64,000 nucleotides of DNA, from IMG/VR virus record IMGVR_UViG_3300028482_000001, positions 16,556-80,555 of that record; one strand, given 5' to 3'. The DNA is from a virus (lineage: Duplodnaviria > Caudoviricetes). The stretch's first letter is position 1. The number at the start of each line of letters is the position of its first letter. The notes under the pieces are model-generated. The model ran no database searches. It saw only the letters and a program-made list of their open reading frames with translations, and had not been told where the DNA came from. The translations under genes and the position numbers were made by a program. Below, one piece after another: positions 27,995 to 36,981 of the stretch.

Positions 27995-28350
27995 AAACTT
28001 GTAAAGTTTGTGGTGCTATTTTTTCTCCAAGAGATTACAGGCAAACAATCTGTTCTGATGAATGCAGAAAAGTTGCCAACAAAAAAAGATGTGCTTTATA
28101 TCGACAAACTCATACACCAATTAAAAATAAATGTGTTTTGTGTGGAGCAGTAACAAAAGGATTTATTTGTATGGGGTCGGAATGTAGAAAAATTTACCAT
28201 CAAGTTTATTCGTGGACGCAAAACAGAATGAAATATGATATTAGAGCAAGTGGAAAAAAATATATAAATCCACTTGAAAAAATCCAAGCGATAAAAGAAA
28301 AGTATAAAAACGGAGTTTCTGTTGAGATAATTAAACAAATGATGGAGTAA
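27991..28350 (+). CDS. Cys-rich Zn-finger protein
   Basis: 'CKVCG..F..ICSDECR..CVLCG..C..ECR'. Confidence 0.6.
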   Translation: MKTCKVCGAIFSPRDYRQTICSDECRKVANKKRCALYRQTHTPIKNKCVLCGAVTKGFICMGSECRKIYHQVYSWTQNRMKYDIRASGKKYINPLEKIQAIKEKYKNGVSVEIIKQMME

Positions 28351-28453
28351 AAAAAATGACAAAAGAAGAAAACGAAAAACTTATTGAAAGTGATTGTTAC
28401 AAATTGATTAAGGCTTTAGTTGATTTGTTGATTGCGTTGAAAAGATTTGATAA

Positions 28454-28843
28454 ATGGGAGAAAACAAAATGAAATACGTACAAGACACAAAAGAAAAATC
28501 AATTTTTATAAAGTTTTATGAAAATGACCCACTTGGATTCTGCAATCATAGAACCATAGATACAGAAGAAGCAAAAGAAAAATTACGTAAATTAAAACGA
28601 AAAATAGATTGCATTGAACGAGCGATAAATCTAGTAGAAATAAATAATACAAATGATTTGTGGAGCAGATACAAAAGAGGTGAACTTCCTGCAATTCATG
28701 ATTCTGGAGATATTGTAAAAGACGCTTTTCAAGACGCTTTGAATATTCAAGCTAATAGAATTCTTGGTAATTTGCAAAAACATTTTACAAATATGACAGA
28801 AGAAGAAATTGAAAATATAATTTTTCCTGATAATCGAGAATAA
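28454..28843 (+). CDS. Hypothetical protein
   Basis: 129-aa ORF in the accessory operon. Confidence 0.6.
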   Translation: MGENKMKYVQDTKEKSIFIKFYENDPLGFCNHRTIDTEEAKEKLRKLKRKIDCIERAINLVEINNTNDLWSRYKRGELPAIHDSGDIVKDAFQDALNIQANRILGNLQKHFTNMTEEEIENIIFPDNRE

Positions 28844-28862
28844 TTAAAAAGGAGGTAAAAGA

Positions 28863-29300
28863 ATGACAGATAAAGAATTAGAAAAGAAAGCAAAAGAATA
28901 TGCAAATAAAACACAGTTCACAGAATATGATAATCCGTCTTTGTCCGAAAGTTTAGATATTTCCGAAGATATAAAACAAGCATATATCGATGGTGGAAAA
29001 GAAAATCAACCTACTGTAGAAGAAATGCTCAAACGATTGATAAAAGGTGGATATGTTAAATCGGGTATTTATGAGAAAAAAGAACACTCTCAACAATGGC
29101 ACATCGTTACTAACGGAGATTTGCCGAAAGAGAAAAAAGAATATTGGTGTAAAGTATTTTATTATGAATCAGAAGAAACATTTAATGCTTTCTTATGGTT
29201 TGACCCTAGCACGAAAGAGTTTAAGTTTTTGGAAAATATAGGGGAAGATGAAGTGAGCGGATTTAAAGTTAAAGAATGGCGTGAGATACCAGAGGAGTAA
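28863..29300 (+). CDS. DUF551-like phage protein
   Basis: 'QWHIVTNGDLPKEKKEYW..VKEWREIPE'; RBS ggagg. Confidence 0.55.
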   Translation: MTDKELEKKAKEYANKTQFTEYDNPSLSESLDISEDIKQAYIDGGKENQPTVEEMLKRLIKGGYVKSGIYEKKEHSQQWHIVTNGDLPKEKKEYWCKVFYYESEETFNAFLWFDPSTKEFKFLENIGEDEVSGFKVKEWREIPEE

Positions 29301-29303
29301 ATT

Positions 29304-29777
29304 ATGAATATCACAACCTTAACAGAAAAATATTTTGAAAAAGTTAAATCAGATGATAAATCAACAACTCTATTTAAGGATTTATTCAAATCTGGAGCTT
29401 ATGCAGTTTTGAAAGAAATTAATAGACTTAACTTTCCAGCATTTACTTTGATTGATGATAATGATTTGTCTAAGCAAGGTTTTGTCAATATGCTTTTGAA
29501 TAAAATGGTTGGTGAAGATGACTCTGATTTTGTTGATAGCTGTTTGCACTTCATAGAATATAAGGCATATCATGAAGGTGAGCCCTCTATAAAAAGATTA
29601 TATGAAAATGATGATAAAAATTGGTTATTAGTTCAATTAGATGATGGAAGATTCGATATTGCCAAAAATGTTTGGGTCGATGATAAGAAAGAATCTTCGG
29701 TTTGGAAAAATCAAGATGGAAAAGTTTTGGATAATGTATTAAACTGGAGACCAATTTATCCAAATGGTGAAGTGTAA
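29304..29777 (+). CDS. Hypothetical protein (DUF551-like C-terminus)
   Basis: Ends 'VLNWRPI'. Confidence 0.5.
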   Translation: MNITTLTEKYFEKVKSDDKSTTLFKDLFKSGAYAVLKEINRLNFPAFTLIDDNDLSKQGFVNMLLNKMVGEDDSDFVDSCLHFIEYKAYHEGEPSIKRLYENDDKNWLLVQLDDGRFDIAKNVWVDDKKESSVWKNQDGKVLDNVLNWRPIYPNGEV

Positions 29778-29858
29778 AATAGGAGTAAACTATGTTTTTG
29801 ATACTTAAAACGATTGACTGAAAAGACGAAGATTACATCAAGGGTAATATAATCCCTT

Positions 29859-30119
29859 TTGGTTGGTGCGGAGTTCGGCTATAACAAGGCTAATGAATGG
29901 CATTATGTAAAAGATGGATGTTTACCGAAAGAAACAGATTTTCTTATGAGTAAAACACTTCTTTTAGTAACAAAAATGAAAGGCTCTGATTGCTTATTTC
30001 TTGTACTTGGGCAATACAATTTTTCGACACAAGAGTTTAGTTATCAACACATGGTTGGACTGACAGATGTTATCGCTTGGAAAGCGATTGTATCACCAAA
30101 GGAGACTGAACGAAAATGA
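29859..30119 (+). CDS. DUF551-like small protein or fragment
   Basis: 'EWHYVKDGCLPKE..VIAWKAI'; start uncertain. Confidence 0.45.
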   Translation: MVGAEFGYNKANEWHYVKDGCLPKETDFLMSKTLLLVTKMKGSDCLFLVLGQYNFSTQEFSYQHMVGLTDVIAWKAIVSPKETERK

Positions 30120-30443
30120 CTCAGAAAGTTAAATCGGCTTTAATTAAAGCAAATAAGGCAGAAGAACGACTTTTCAAAGCAGAAAGTGAATTATTTCTAG
30201 AGTGTCAAGAACTTTGTAACTACCCTTTAGAATTCTGTCAGTATCAACCTAGCGATGGGTTTTGTAAGGAATACGCATCGAATTAAATTGTGCACACTTT
30301 TCTCCAAATAAAGATGCTTTCAAAATGCTAATAAAAGAAAACGGGGATGTTGAAATTTTAGGATTGAATGAGGAGAGTAATTATGACAAAAAAAAGAAAA
30401 AATAATAGAAATAGTTTACATTATAACAACTTTATGGTATAAG

Positions 30444-30644
30444 TTGTTACGCAAAAAAGAAGGATTTTTTATGAAGAAATTTATGTTTTTTTTAAGTTGT
30501 ATTATTGGAATTGTTTGCGTTATTGGGGCATCAGTTGTTAAATTTGGGCTGAATTATAATATCAGTGATGTGTTTTTAATAATAAGTTATTTTTTGTGTC
30601 TTTTACCGATAGGAATATATGTTTTTGTTATTGAAAACAAATGA
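30444..30644 (+). CDS. Small two-TM membrane protein
   Basis: Two hydrophobic helices; preceded by a TATAAG -10-like site. Confidence 0.5.
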   Translation: MLRKKEGFFMKKFMFFLSCIIGIVCVIGASVVKFGLNYNISDVFLIISYFLCLLPIGIYVFVIENK

Positions 30645-30667
30645 AAAAAAATGTAATATATTATTAG

Positions 30668-30720
30668 GATGTGTCTTAAAGGCAGTCATGATGTTTAGTC
30701 GTGGCTGCCTTTTTTGTTTT
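30668..30720 (+). promoter_or_regulatory. Late leader motif copy B
   Basis: gatgtgtc-aaggcagtcatga..tcgtggctgcc + T6. Confidence 0.8.
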
Positions 30721-30736
30721 AAGCTTAGAATAAAGG

Positions 30737-33700
30737 ATGGGAAAAATGGCAAAGATTATTGTTAATTTGAATGAATTAAAAGGATTTTCTTTTTATCGTA
30801 ATTACATAGAAAAGGCGAAAAAGGGTGAAATGGTTGGTGGTAAATACATGTATAGGGAAGAAGTTCCTGAAAAAGTAAAAACAAGTAAAGGGAAAACTAC
30901 CGTAATTAGATATAAATATTATTATTTGACAGATATGCTTAAAGATAGTGCAGAAAAACTTCTTGAAAATATCGGTAAATTCTTTTTCAAGGGAAATGAA
31001 AAGGAAGTAAAAAAAATTGAAAATTCCTATAAAACTCAAAACATAGAAAAAGATTATGGAGCAGATAAAAAGACGTGGTATCAGCATTGTATGGAATATT
31101 TGAGCCACAAAGCAAAATGGGATAAAAGATTTTCAAATAAAGATAATGCTGAAAAGTTTAAAACACCTATCAAACAAAAAGTCGTAGAAAAAGTTGATAT
31201 TCCCGGAATGGAAACAGCAGCAGTAGAAACTCCAGAAATTAAAACATCAATTGAAACAGAGAAAAAAGAGGCAACCTGGAAACCCAACCCATCTTTAATG
31301 CGTAAAGTTTGGAGTTTATACAATGGTGTAGAATCTGTTAATAGCGGAGTTAGCGTTGGTGATACTGTAAATTTTAATGGGCGAAAAGGAACTGTAACAA
31401 AAAAAGTAAATGACAATATGGTTATGGTAAGTTTTGAAGATGGAGGTTTAGGCAGATTCTTTGCAAAAGACTTAAACAAAGTTGAAATTTCAAATGAAAG
31501 TGTAACAAATGAAGCTGATGTAAATGGTAAAATACAAGAAGTTGTAACAGGGCTAAATACTTCTAATGATACAGTTGAAGAAACAACGGATGGACAAGGT
31601 AATAAAATTGCAATGTTAGGTAACCAGAATGCAAAAAAGAATTTCGTTGACTTTATTGATAAGTTTATTACAAATGGTTATAAATCTGATAAGGTTGTAA
31701 ATCTTTTAGATACAACACCTTTAATTTTGCAAGAACATGGTATTCCAAATAATCCTATAAGTATAACACCTTCTGTTTTGAAAAAGATTTTAGAAAATGA
31801 TTTAAATGTTTATCATGGTCATAATATTTCTGTTGATATTTTAAAGGATCTACCTAATCAACTTGAAAATCCTGTTTATATACTGAAAGGTAAGGATGGG
31901 AAAAAGATTATTGTTACAGAATACTATGTAGAAAATAGACCTATAATTACAATTCTTGAAATAGATAGAAAAGAAGGTCGTACAAATGTAAATTCTGTAA
32001 GAAGTTTATATGATAAACAGAATACTGTATTTATGGAATGGATAAAAGATGATTCCATAGTTGAATATGAAAATAAAGAAAAAAGTAAGGTGCTATTACA
32101 GTCCATAGGTAACCAATATACCAAGGAGGTAACAACACCTTACATAAATAATAATACCACAAATATAGAAAATGTCAATAGTGAACATGGGAATTCTATA
32201 GCCATGCTTGGTAATGATAATGCTAAGAAAGATTTTGTTGATGTAAAACAAGGTTTTTCTGAAATGGATAAAAAACTTCTTGCTTTAGCATTGTACAAAG
32301 AAAAAGAATTTAATCCAACAATGAATGATTATTATTATTATGAAAAATTAAGATATAAATATCCTAATTTAGCTTCTAAAGGTAGTATTTATTCAATTAT
32401 GGAAGAATTAAAAGGAATAGATGTTAAAAATATAAACCTTGATGAAGTAAAAGAGTATGTAGAAAAGATTAAAGGTGGGGGTGATGAACCGCCAAAGAAT
32501 GATGCAAAAAAGAATTTCGTTGACGGATTGTCGCTTGATACAGAGTTAATTGCAAATGCAAATAATTCTTCATATATGTATGAAGCTGGAGATGCTATTA
32601 ATCGTGAATATCTTGGCGGAATTGAGGCTATCAATTCATGGGATTTGACAGATGAAGAAAAACAGAAAGCTAAACAAAAACTTTTTGAACTTACAACGGA
32701 ACAGTTAAAAGCCCAGGCAAAGGCTATATCTGTAACAGTCGCAGGACCAGCTAGGAAAGTAAGTGGAAGTGATACAGCATTTGATAAAGTTCAGAAAATC
32801 CGTGGGAAAATTAAAGAACTTCTTGATACAATAAGAGCTAAAAATAATACAAATGTTCAGAAACAGGAAATGAAAGATTTTACAACAGCAGCAACAGAGG
32901 CCATGAATAATAATAAACTTGCTTTTGTGTATGATGGTAAAGTTTATTATCGTGGTAATATAAAATCAAGCTCTTGGAGTGAAATAAATCATATTCCAGA
33001 AGTTGATGAAACAAAGACTGTTGATGAAAAGAAAAAAGAGTTGAAGAAACTCAAAGAAGAAAGTAAGAATCTCGGTTTTGCTAATCCAGAGAACACAAAA
33101 ACCCTTGATAGAATTGAAAAACTTAAAAATGAAATTGCATATATGAATACTGATGAATGGCAGAATCGACATAATGCCATGCTCGGTAATCAAAACGCAG
33201 CAAAACCATTTTCAGAAGAAGAAACAAAAAAAGAACAAAAGAAAGTAAAGGAAACAAGAGAAAAAGCAGGACTACCTAAAATAGGAATAAATTATGGGGA
33301 GAGAGTTTCTGCTATGGAAGATTCAGTTTCTCTTAATCCTAATGCGGAAAACTATGCTTATAAAGATACAGGTTATATTGCAGGTTCTCAAAAAGAAAAG
33401 ATTCAAGACTTTTGGAAAATAAAAAAGGAAAGTGGTGAAGGAACAAGTATAGAAGAAATAGATTGGAATACACTTGAAGAAAATCCTAGATATGCAGAAC
33501 AACAAATTACAAAATCAAATATTCTTGGAAATATTGATTATAATTCATTCAAAGAAAAAGGAATGGATTCTAGGGCAGCGTATTTAGCAAGTAGAGTATT
33601 TGCCGCAATTCCAAAAGAACCTACAGGTCATGATGTTACTGCTCGTAAGAATTATGTAATTGCTATAAACACAGTAAAGGAAAGACTTTCTGAATGTAAA

Positions 33701-35671
33701 ACTTTACAAGATGTAAAAGAGTTTGTTGATGATGTTTATGGTGAATATAATCAGACATTTGATTCTCAGATTTTAAGAGTTCCAGAAGTTAATAAACTAA
33801 CACAAGAAAGAGATGGTATTATTAAAGAGAAGAAAAAAATTAGAGAATCTGTTATGGAATGGTGTAGGAATGAACTTGTTCCAAAATATAAGAATCTCGG
33901 TAAAAAAGAAAGAAAGGCTTTTTGGAGATATAGGGAAGAATTAAAGAAAGAAATTAGTGAGAAAATTCGTGAATTTGATCCTAATTATAATAATCCTAAT
34001 ATAGATATTGAAATTGATACAAGTAATATGTGGTGGCCTATAAATATTTCCTCAGAAGGTATTTTACAAGAGAAAATAGATAAAGCTAATAATAAATTAA
34101 AAACAGCAAGAGAAAACGCAAAAAATATCATTATGAATAATAATGTTACTTATCAAGTTTGGAAAGAACTAGGGGATTTTGCAGATTTGCGTTATTCAAA
34201 AACATTCCAAAAACATTATAACAATCTGACAGTTTATGATGAAAAACAAGCAACAAAACCTAATGGCGAAATTTACGAAACTTATGCTTATAAATATAGA
34301 GATAAAGAATATGATAAATATGAAAATTGGGATTGGATTGATAAAAAAACTAATAAAAAAGCAAAACCGGAATCTGAGATAATCGAGGGGAAAGTAAAGA
34401 GAACTTTTGAAATGATTGTGCCATCTACCATAGAAAGGATTGGAGGTAGAAATGTTTCTGTTAAATCTACAGAAGAATTAAAAAAAGCATTTAATTTCAG
34501 GGATATTCAAACAGGGTCTTATGTACAATCAGATCCCGTTAGTGCTAAATGGCATATAGACAATTTAGCGAATGGTTTCGCTGATTTATGTGATGTTTTG
34601 GGGATACGAGATGATCAAGTATCTCTTAATGGAAGGTTGGCTCTTGCTGTTGGTGCTAGAGGACATGGTAGAGCCTTAGCACATTATGAACCTGTTGAAC
34701 GAGTAATTAATATTACAAAATTCAAAGGTGGTGGTTCTCTAGGGCATGAATGGTTTCATGGTTTTGATAATATGATTGCCGAAGCAATTACAGGTGGAAA
34801 TGTCAGTGTATATATGTCAGATCCAAGAGCAGCAAGTAAAAAATATAGGTTGCATGATGATATTCCAGATAATGAACTTGCTCATAATGTAAGAAATAAA
34901 TTTATTAATCTTGTAGATGCAATGATGACAGGTGATACTCCTGAAACAGAAGTAATTACATATAAATCTATAGATGTAGAAACAGCAAAAAAATTCTTTG
35001 AAAAAGATTTGCCATTCCAGGCTGCATATTATAGTTATGGTAATGATTTTTATAAGAAATTAGCTAATGCAAAAACTCTTGATGATGCAATATCAGTAAT
35101 TAATGAAAGGTATAAAGATACAATAAATCTTATTCATAACAATTCAGAAAAAATTAGTCGCATGGGTAAATACGAACAAAAACGCATGAAAGATACAGTT
35201 AAAAATTATGAAAAGTATCGAACTATGGCAGTTGCATACTTTGATACAAAGGCTGATAAATCTAATGGTGGAGAAGTTTCTGTAAAGACAGGAAGAATTG
35301 TTTCAAGATTTTATGAAGATTCAAAAAAATTAGATATTGGGAGATCTAAAAAATATTGGTCTGAACCTGTAGAAATGGCTGCAAGAGCATTTGAAGCTTA
35401 TTTAGTTGATAAATTAAAGGAAAAAGGTCAGAAAAATGATTATCTTTCAGGTCATGCTGATAATACAGTTTATTTAGGGGAATGGTTTCCATATCCAACT
35501 GAAAAAGACAGAGTAAAAATAAATAAAGCCTTTGATGAATTATTTGAAGTAATCAGAAATGAAAATGCAATTAGAAAATCTTTAGATATATTAAAGAATC
35601 GTGAAGAAATAAAAAAATCACTTCCTTTATTCTTTATTAAAAATGGCAGATTCTATATTAGAAAATCATAA
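30737..35671 (+). CDS. Large polyvalent protein (MuF-C/BECR-like nuclease, LPD1-like domain with HExxH)
   Basis: 'TPLILQEHGIPNNPI..HGHNIS..LPNQLENPVYIL..NSVRSLY' nuclease-like region; 'LALAVGARG..AHYEP..GSLGHEWFH..YWSEPVEMAARAFEAY' LPD1-like. Confidence 0.7.
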   Translation: MGKMAKIIVNLNELKGFSFYRNYIEKAKKGEMVGGKYMYREEVPEKVKTSKGKTTVIRYKYYYLTDMLKDSAEKLLENIGKFFFKGNEKEVKKIENSYKTQNIEKDYGADKKTWYQHCMEYLSHKAKWDKRFSNKDNAEKFKTPIKQKVVEKVDIPGMETAAVETPEIKTSIETEKKEATWKPNPSLMRKVWSLYNGVESVNSGVSVGDTVNFNGRKGTVTKKVNDNMVMVSFEDGGLGRFFAKDLNKVEISNESVTNEADVNGKIQEVVTGLNTSNDTVEETTDGQGNKIAMLGNQNAKKNFVDFIDKFITNGYKSDKVVNLLDTTPLILQEHGIPNNPISITPSVLKKILENDLNVYHGHNISVDILKDLPNQLENPVYILKGKDGKKIIVTEYYVENRPIITILEIDRKEGRTNVNSVRSLYDKQNTVFMEWIKDDSIVEYENKEKSKVLLQSIGNQYTKEVTTPYINNNTTNIENVNSEHGNSIAMLGNDNAKKDFVDVKQGFSEMDKKLLALALYKEKEFNPTMNDYYYYEKLRYKYPNLASKGSIYSIMEELKGIDVKNINLDEVKEYVEKIKGGGDEPPKNDAKKNFVDGLSLDTELIANANNSSYMYEAGDAINREYLGGIEAINSWDLTDEEKQKAKQKLFELTTEQLKAQAKAISVTVAGPARKVSGSDTAFDKVQKIRGKIKELLDTIRAKNNTNVQKQEMKDFTTAATEAMNNNKLAFVYDGKVYYRGNIKSSSWSEINHIPEVDETKTVDEKKKELKKLKEESKNLGFANPENTKTLDRIEKLKNEIAYMNTDEWQNRHNAMLGNQNAAKPFSEEETKKEQKKVKETREKAGLPKIGINYGERVSAMEDSVSLNPNAENYAYKDTGYIAGSQKEKIQDFWKIKKESGEGTSIEEIDWNTLEENPRYAEQQITKSNILGNIDYNSFKEKGMDSRAAYLASRVFAAIPKEPTGHDVTARKNYVIAINTVKERLSECKTLQDVKEFVDDVYGEYNQTFDSQILRVPEVNKLTQERDGIIKEKKKIRESVMEWCRNELVPKYKNLGKKERKAFWRYREELKKEISEKIREFDPNYNNPNIDIEIDTSNMWWPINISSEGILQEKIDKANNKLKTARENAKNIIMNNNVTYQVWKELGDFADLRYSKTFQKHYNNLTVYDEKQATKPNGEIYETYAYKYRDKEYDKYENWDWIDKKTNKKAKPESEIIEGKVKRTFEMIVPSTIERIGGRNVSVKSTEELKKAFNFRDIQTGSYVQSDPVSAKWHIDNLANGFADLCDVLGIRDDQVSLNGRLALAVGARGHGRALAHYEPVERVINITKFKGGGSLGHEWFHGFDNMIAEAITGGNVSVYMSDPRAASKKYRLHDDIPDNELAHNVRNKFINLVDAMMTGDTPETEVITYKSIDVETAKKFFEKDLPFQAAYYSYGNDFYKKLANAKTLDDAISVINERYKDTINLIHNNSEKISRMGKYEQKRMKDTVKNYEKYRTMAVAYFDTKADKSNGGEVSVKTGRIVSRFYEDSKKLDIGRSKKYWSEPVEMAARAFEAYLVDKLKEKGQKNDYLSGHADNTVYLGEWFPYPTEKDRVKINKAFDELFEVIRNENAIRKSLDILKNREEIKKSLPLFFIKNGRFYIRKS
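32078..32178 (-). ncRNA. Antisense promoter plus ~65-nt hairpin sRNA (copy 3)
   Basis: Minus-strand TTGACA(32178-32173)-16-TGnTATTAT; 15-bp closing stem (32085-32099/32129-32143) + U6. Confidence 0.6.
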
Positions 35672-35729
35672 TGTCTAAATTAATGTCTAAGATGTCTAAA
35701 TTAATTACAAGTTAGACATTTTTAGACAT
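35671..35729. repeat. ATGTCTAA x3 plus inverted TTAGACAT x2
   Basis: Copies at 35671, 35683, 35692 (direct) and 35712, 35722 (inverted). Confidence 0.85.
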
Positions 35730-35879
35730 TGATTTTTGACCAGAAGCTCCAACTGAGCATATTGATCCTTATTGGGGAGGTTGTACAGGGGAATATGCAA
35801 AAAAAAGAATGAAAGAACTTGAAAATGGTGTAAATGTTTTATAATAAAATCTGCAACTAGTTTTAAAAGAGTGATATAT

Positions 35880-35910
35880 AAGACCTTGTTAAACGCAAGG
35901 TCTTTTTTTT
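35880..35910 (+). terminator. Intrinsic terminator
   Basis: aagaccttg/caaggtctt + T8. Confidence 0.75.
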
Positions 35911-36118
35911 ATAATTCTTTCCCATCTTTAAGAAACTTTATTTCAATTCCTAACTGATCACAAATTTCAATTATATCACTTAGTTTTAAATCATTTCTAT
36001 ATAATTTGTTAAACAGATTTTGTTTAGAAGTATTTAACTTTTTAGCTAGATCTGTAATCCTGATATTATTTTTTATGCAGCCAATTTCTATAATTTCTTT
36101 AATATTAATTTCATTCAT
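35909..36118 (-). CDS. Small XRE HTH protein
   Basis: 'IRITDLAKKLNTSKQNLFNKLYRNDLKLSDIIEICDQLG'. Confidence 0.8.
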   Translation of the reverse strand: MNEINIKEIIEIGCIKNNIRITDLAKKLNTSKQNLFNKLYRNDLKLSDIIEICDQLGIEIKFLKDGKEL

Positions 36119-36316
36119 ATCTTGATAATAAACTAATAAGTGGAAATAATCAACAAAAAAATATAAAATTACAATAAAAAAGTTTATTTGTTTCTTGACA
36201 TAGTAAACTAAATAGTGTATATTATAAGTGTAGTGCGACCTGCAAGGAGATTAAATTATGAAAATAATTTTTTTTGAAAATAGGATAAATAGAACATTAA
36301 AACGAATTGTGATAAA

Positions 36317-36643
36317 ATGAAGCTGCTTTTTGGAGGAAGAATGATGACAGAAAAACAAAGTAAAGGATTAGACCTTTTGACAGAAATTATTGTTTTAGAA
36401 GCTAAAAGAGTAAAAGCTCTAAATGAAGAAGGTGCAGATTTTGAAGAATACGACAATACAGAAATTGAAAAAAGCCTAGATAAAGCAAGTGAATATAAAG
36501 GAATATTTGATGAAATTACTCCAAAGATTGTTTCTGATATTATTAAAAGAGCTTTAGACATCAACTTTTTTACATTTAATGACAAAAGATGTATGAGGTA
36601 TCTTAAAGATGTTATTTTAGAAGATTTAAGATATTTTTCTTAG
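36317..36643 (+). CDS. Hypothetical protein
   Basis: Downstream of TTGACA(36195)-17-TATATT promoter. Confidence 0.55.
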   Translation: MKLLFGGRMMTEKQSKGLDLLTEIIVLEAKRVKALNEEGADFEEYDNTEIEKSLDKASEYKGIFDEITPKIVSDIIKRALDINFFTFNDKRCMRYLKDVILEDLRYFS

Positions 36644-36660
36644 ATTCAACTACAAGTTGA

Positions 36661-36873
36661 GTGATTTTAAAAAAAATATTAGATAATGGTTTTCTAGGAG
36701 ATATTATGAATAAAAAAATATTAAAATTAATTACAGATGTTATTGCAACAAGGTTCGCAGAAGTCTTGGATTTAATTGATCCAGAATGGGATAAAAAAGC
36801 AAGGCAATTTGAAGGTGAATGGAAAGATTTTGGTTTTAATTTGATTTATGAAAAACTGACAGAAGAAAAGTAG
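36661..36873 (+). CDS. Small hypothetical protein
   Basis: Likely start at ATG ~36706 after RBS aggag. Confidence 0.5.
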   Translation: MILKKILDNGFLGDIMNKKILKLITDVIATRFAEVLDLIDPEWDKKARQFEGEWKDFGFNLIYEKLTEEK

Positions 36874-36962
36874 ACATAAATAGTTTTATTAAGTATAATA
36901 TTTATAATGATGTGCGAGAAGGCAGTCATAACCTAAGAGGTTGTGGCTGCCTTTTTTGTTTT
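36871..36962 (+). promoter_or_regulatory. Late leader motif copy C
   Basis: TAGACA-17-TATAAT; gatgtgcg-aaggcagtca..tggctgcc + T6. Confidence 0.8.
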
Positions 36963-36981
36963 AAATTAAATTTTAAGAGGT

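Noticed and set aside
30776-33505. Many minus-strand ORFs of 60-190 aa (also opposite 36982-40838 and the structural genes)
   Set aside because: Phe/Ile/Ser-rich shadows of Lys/Glu-rich plus-strand genes, with no RBS or motifs
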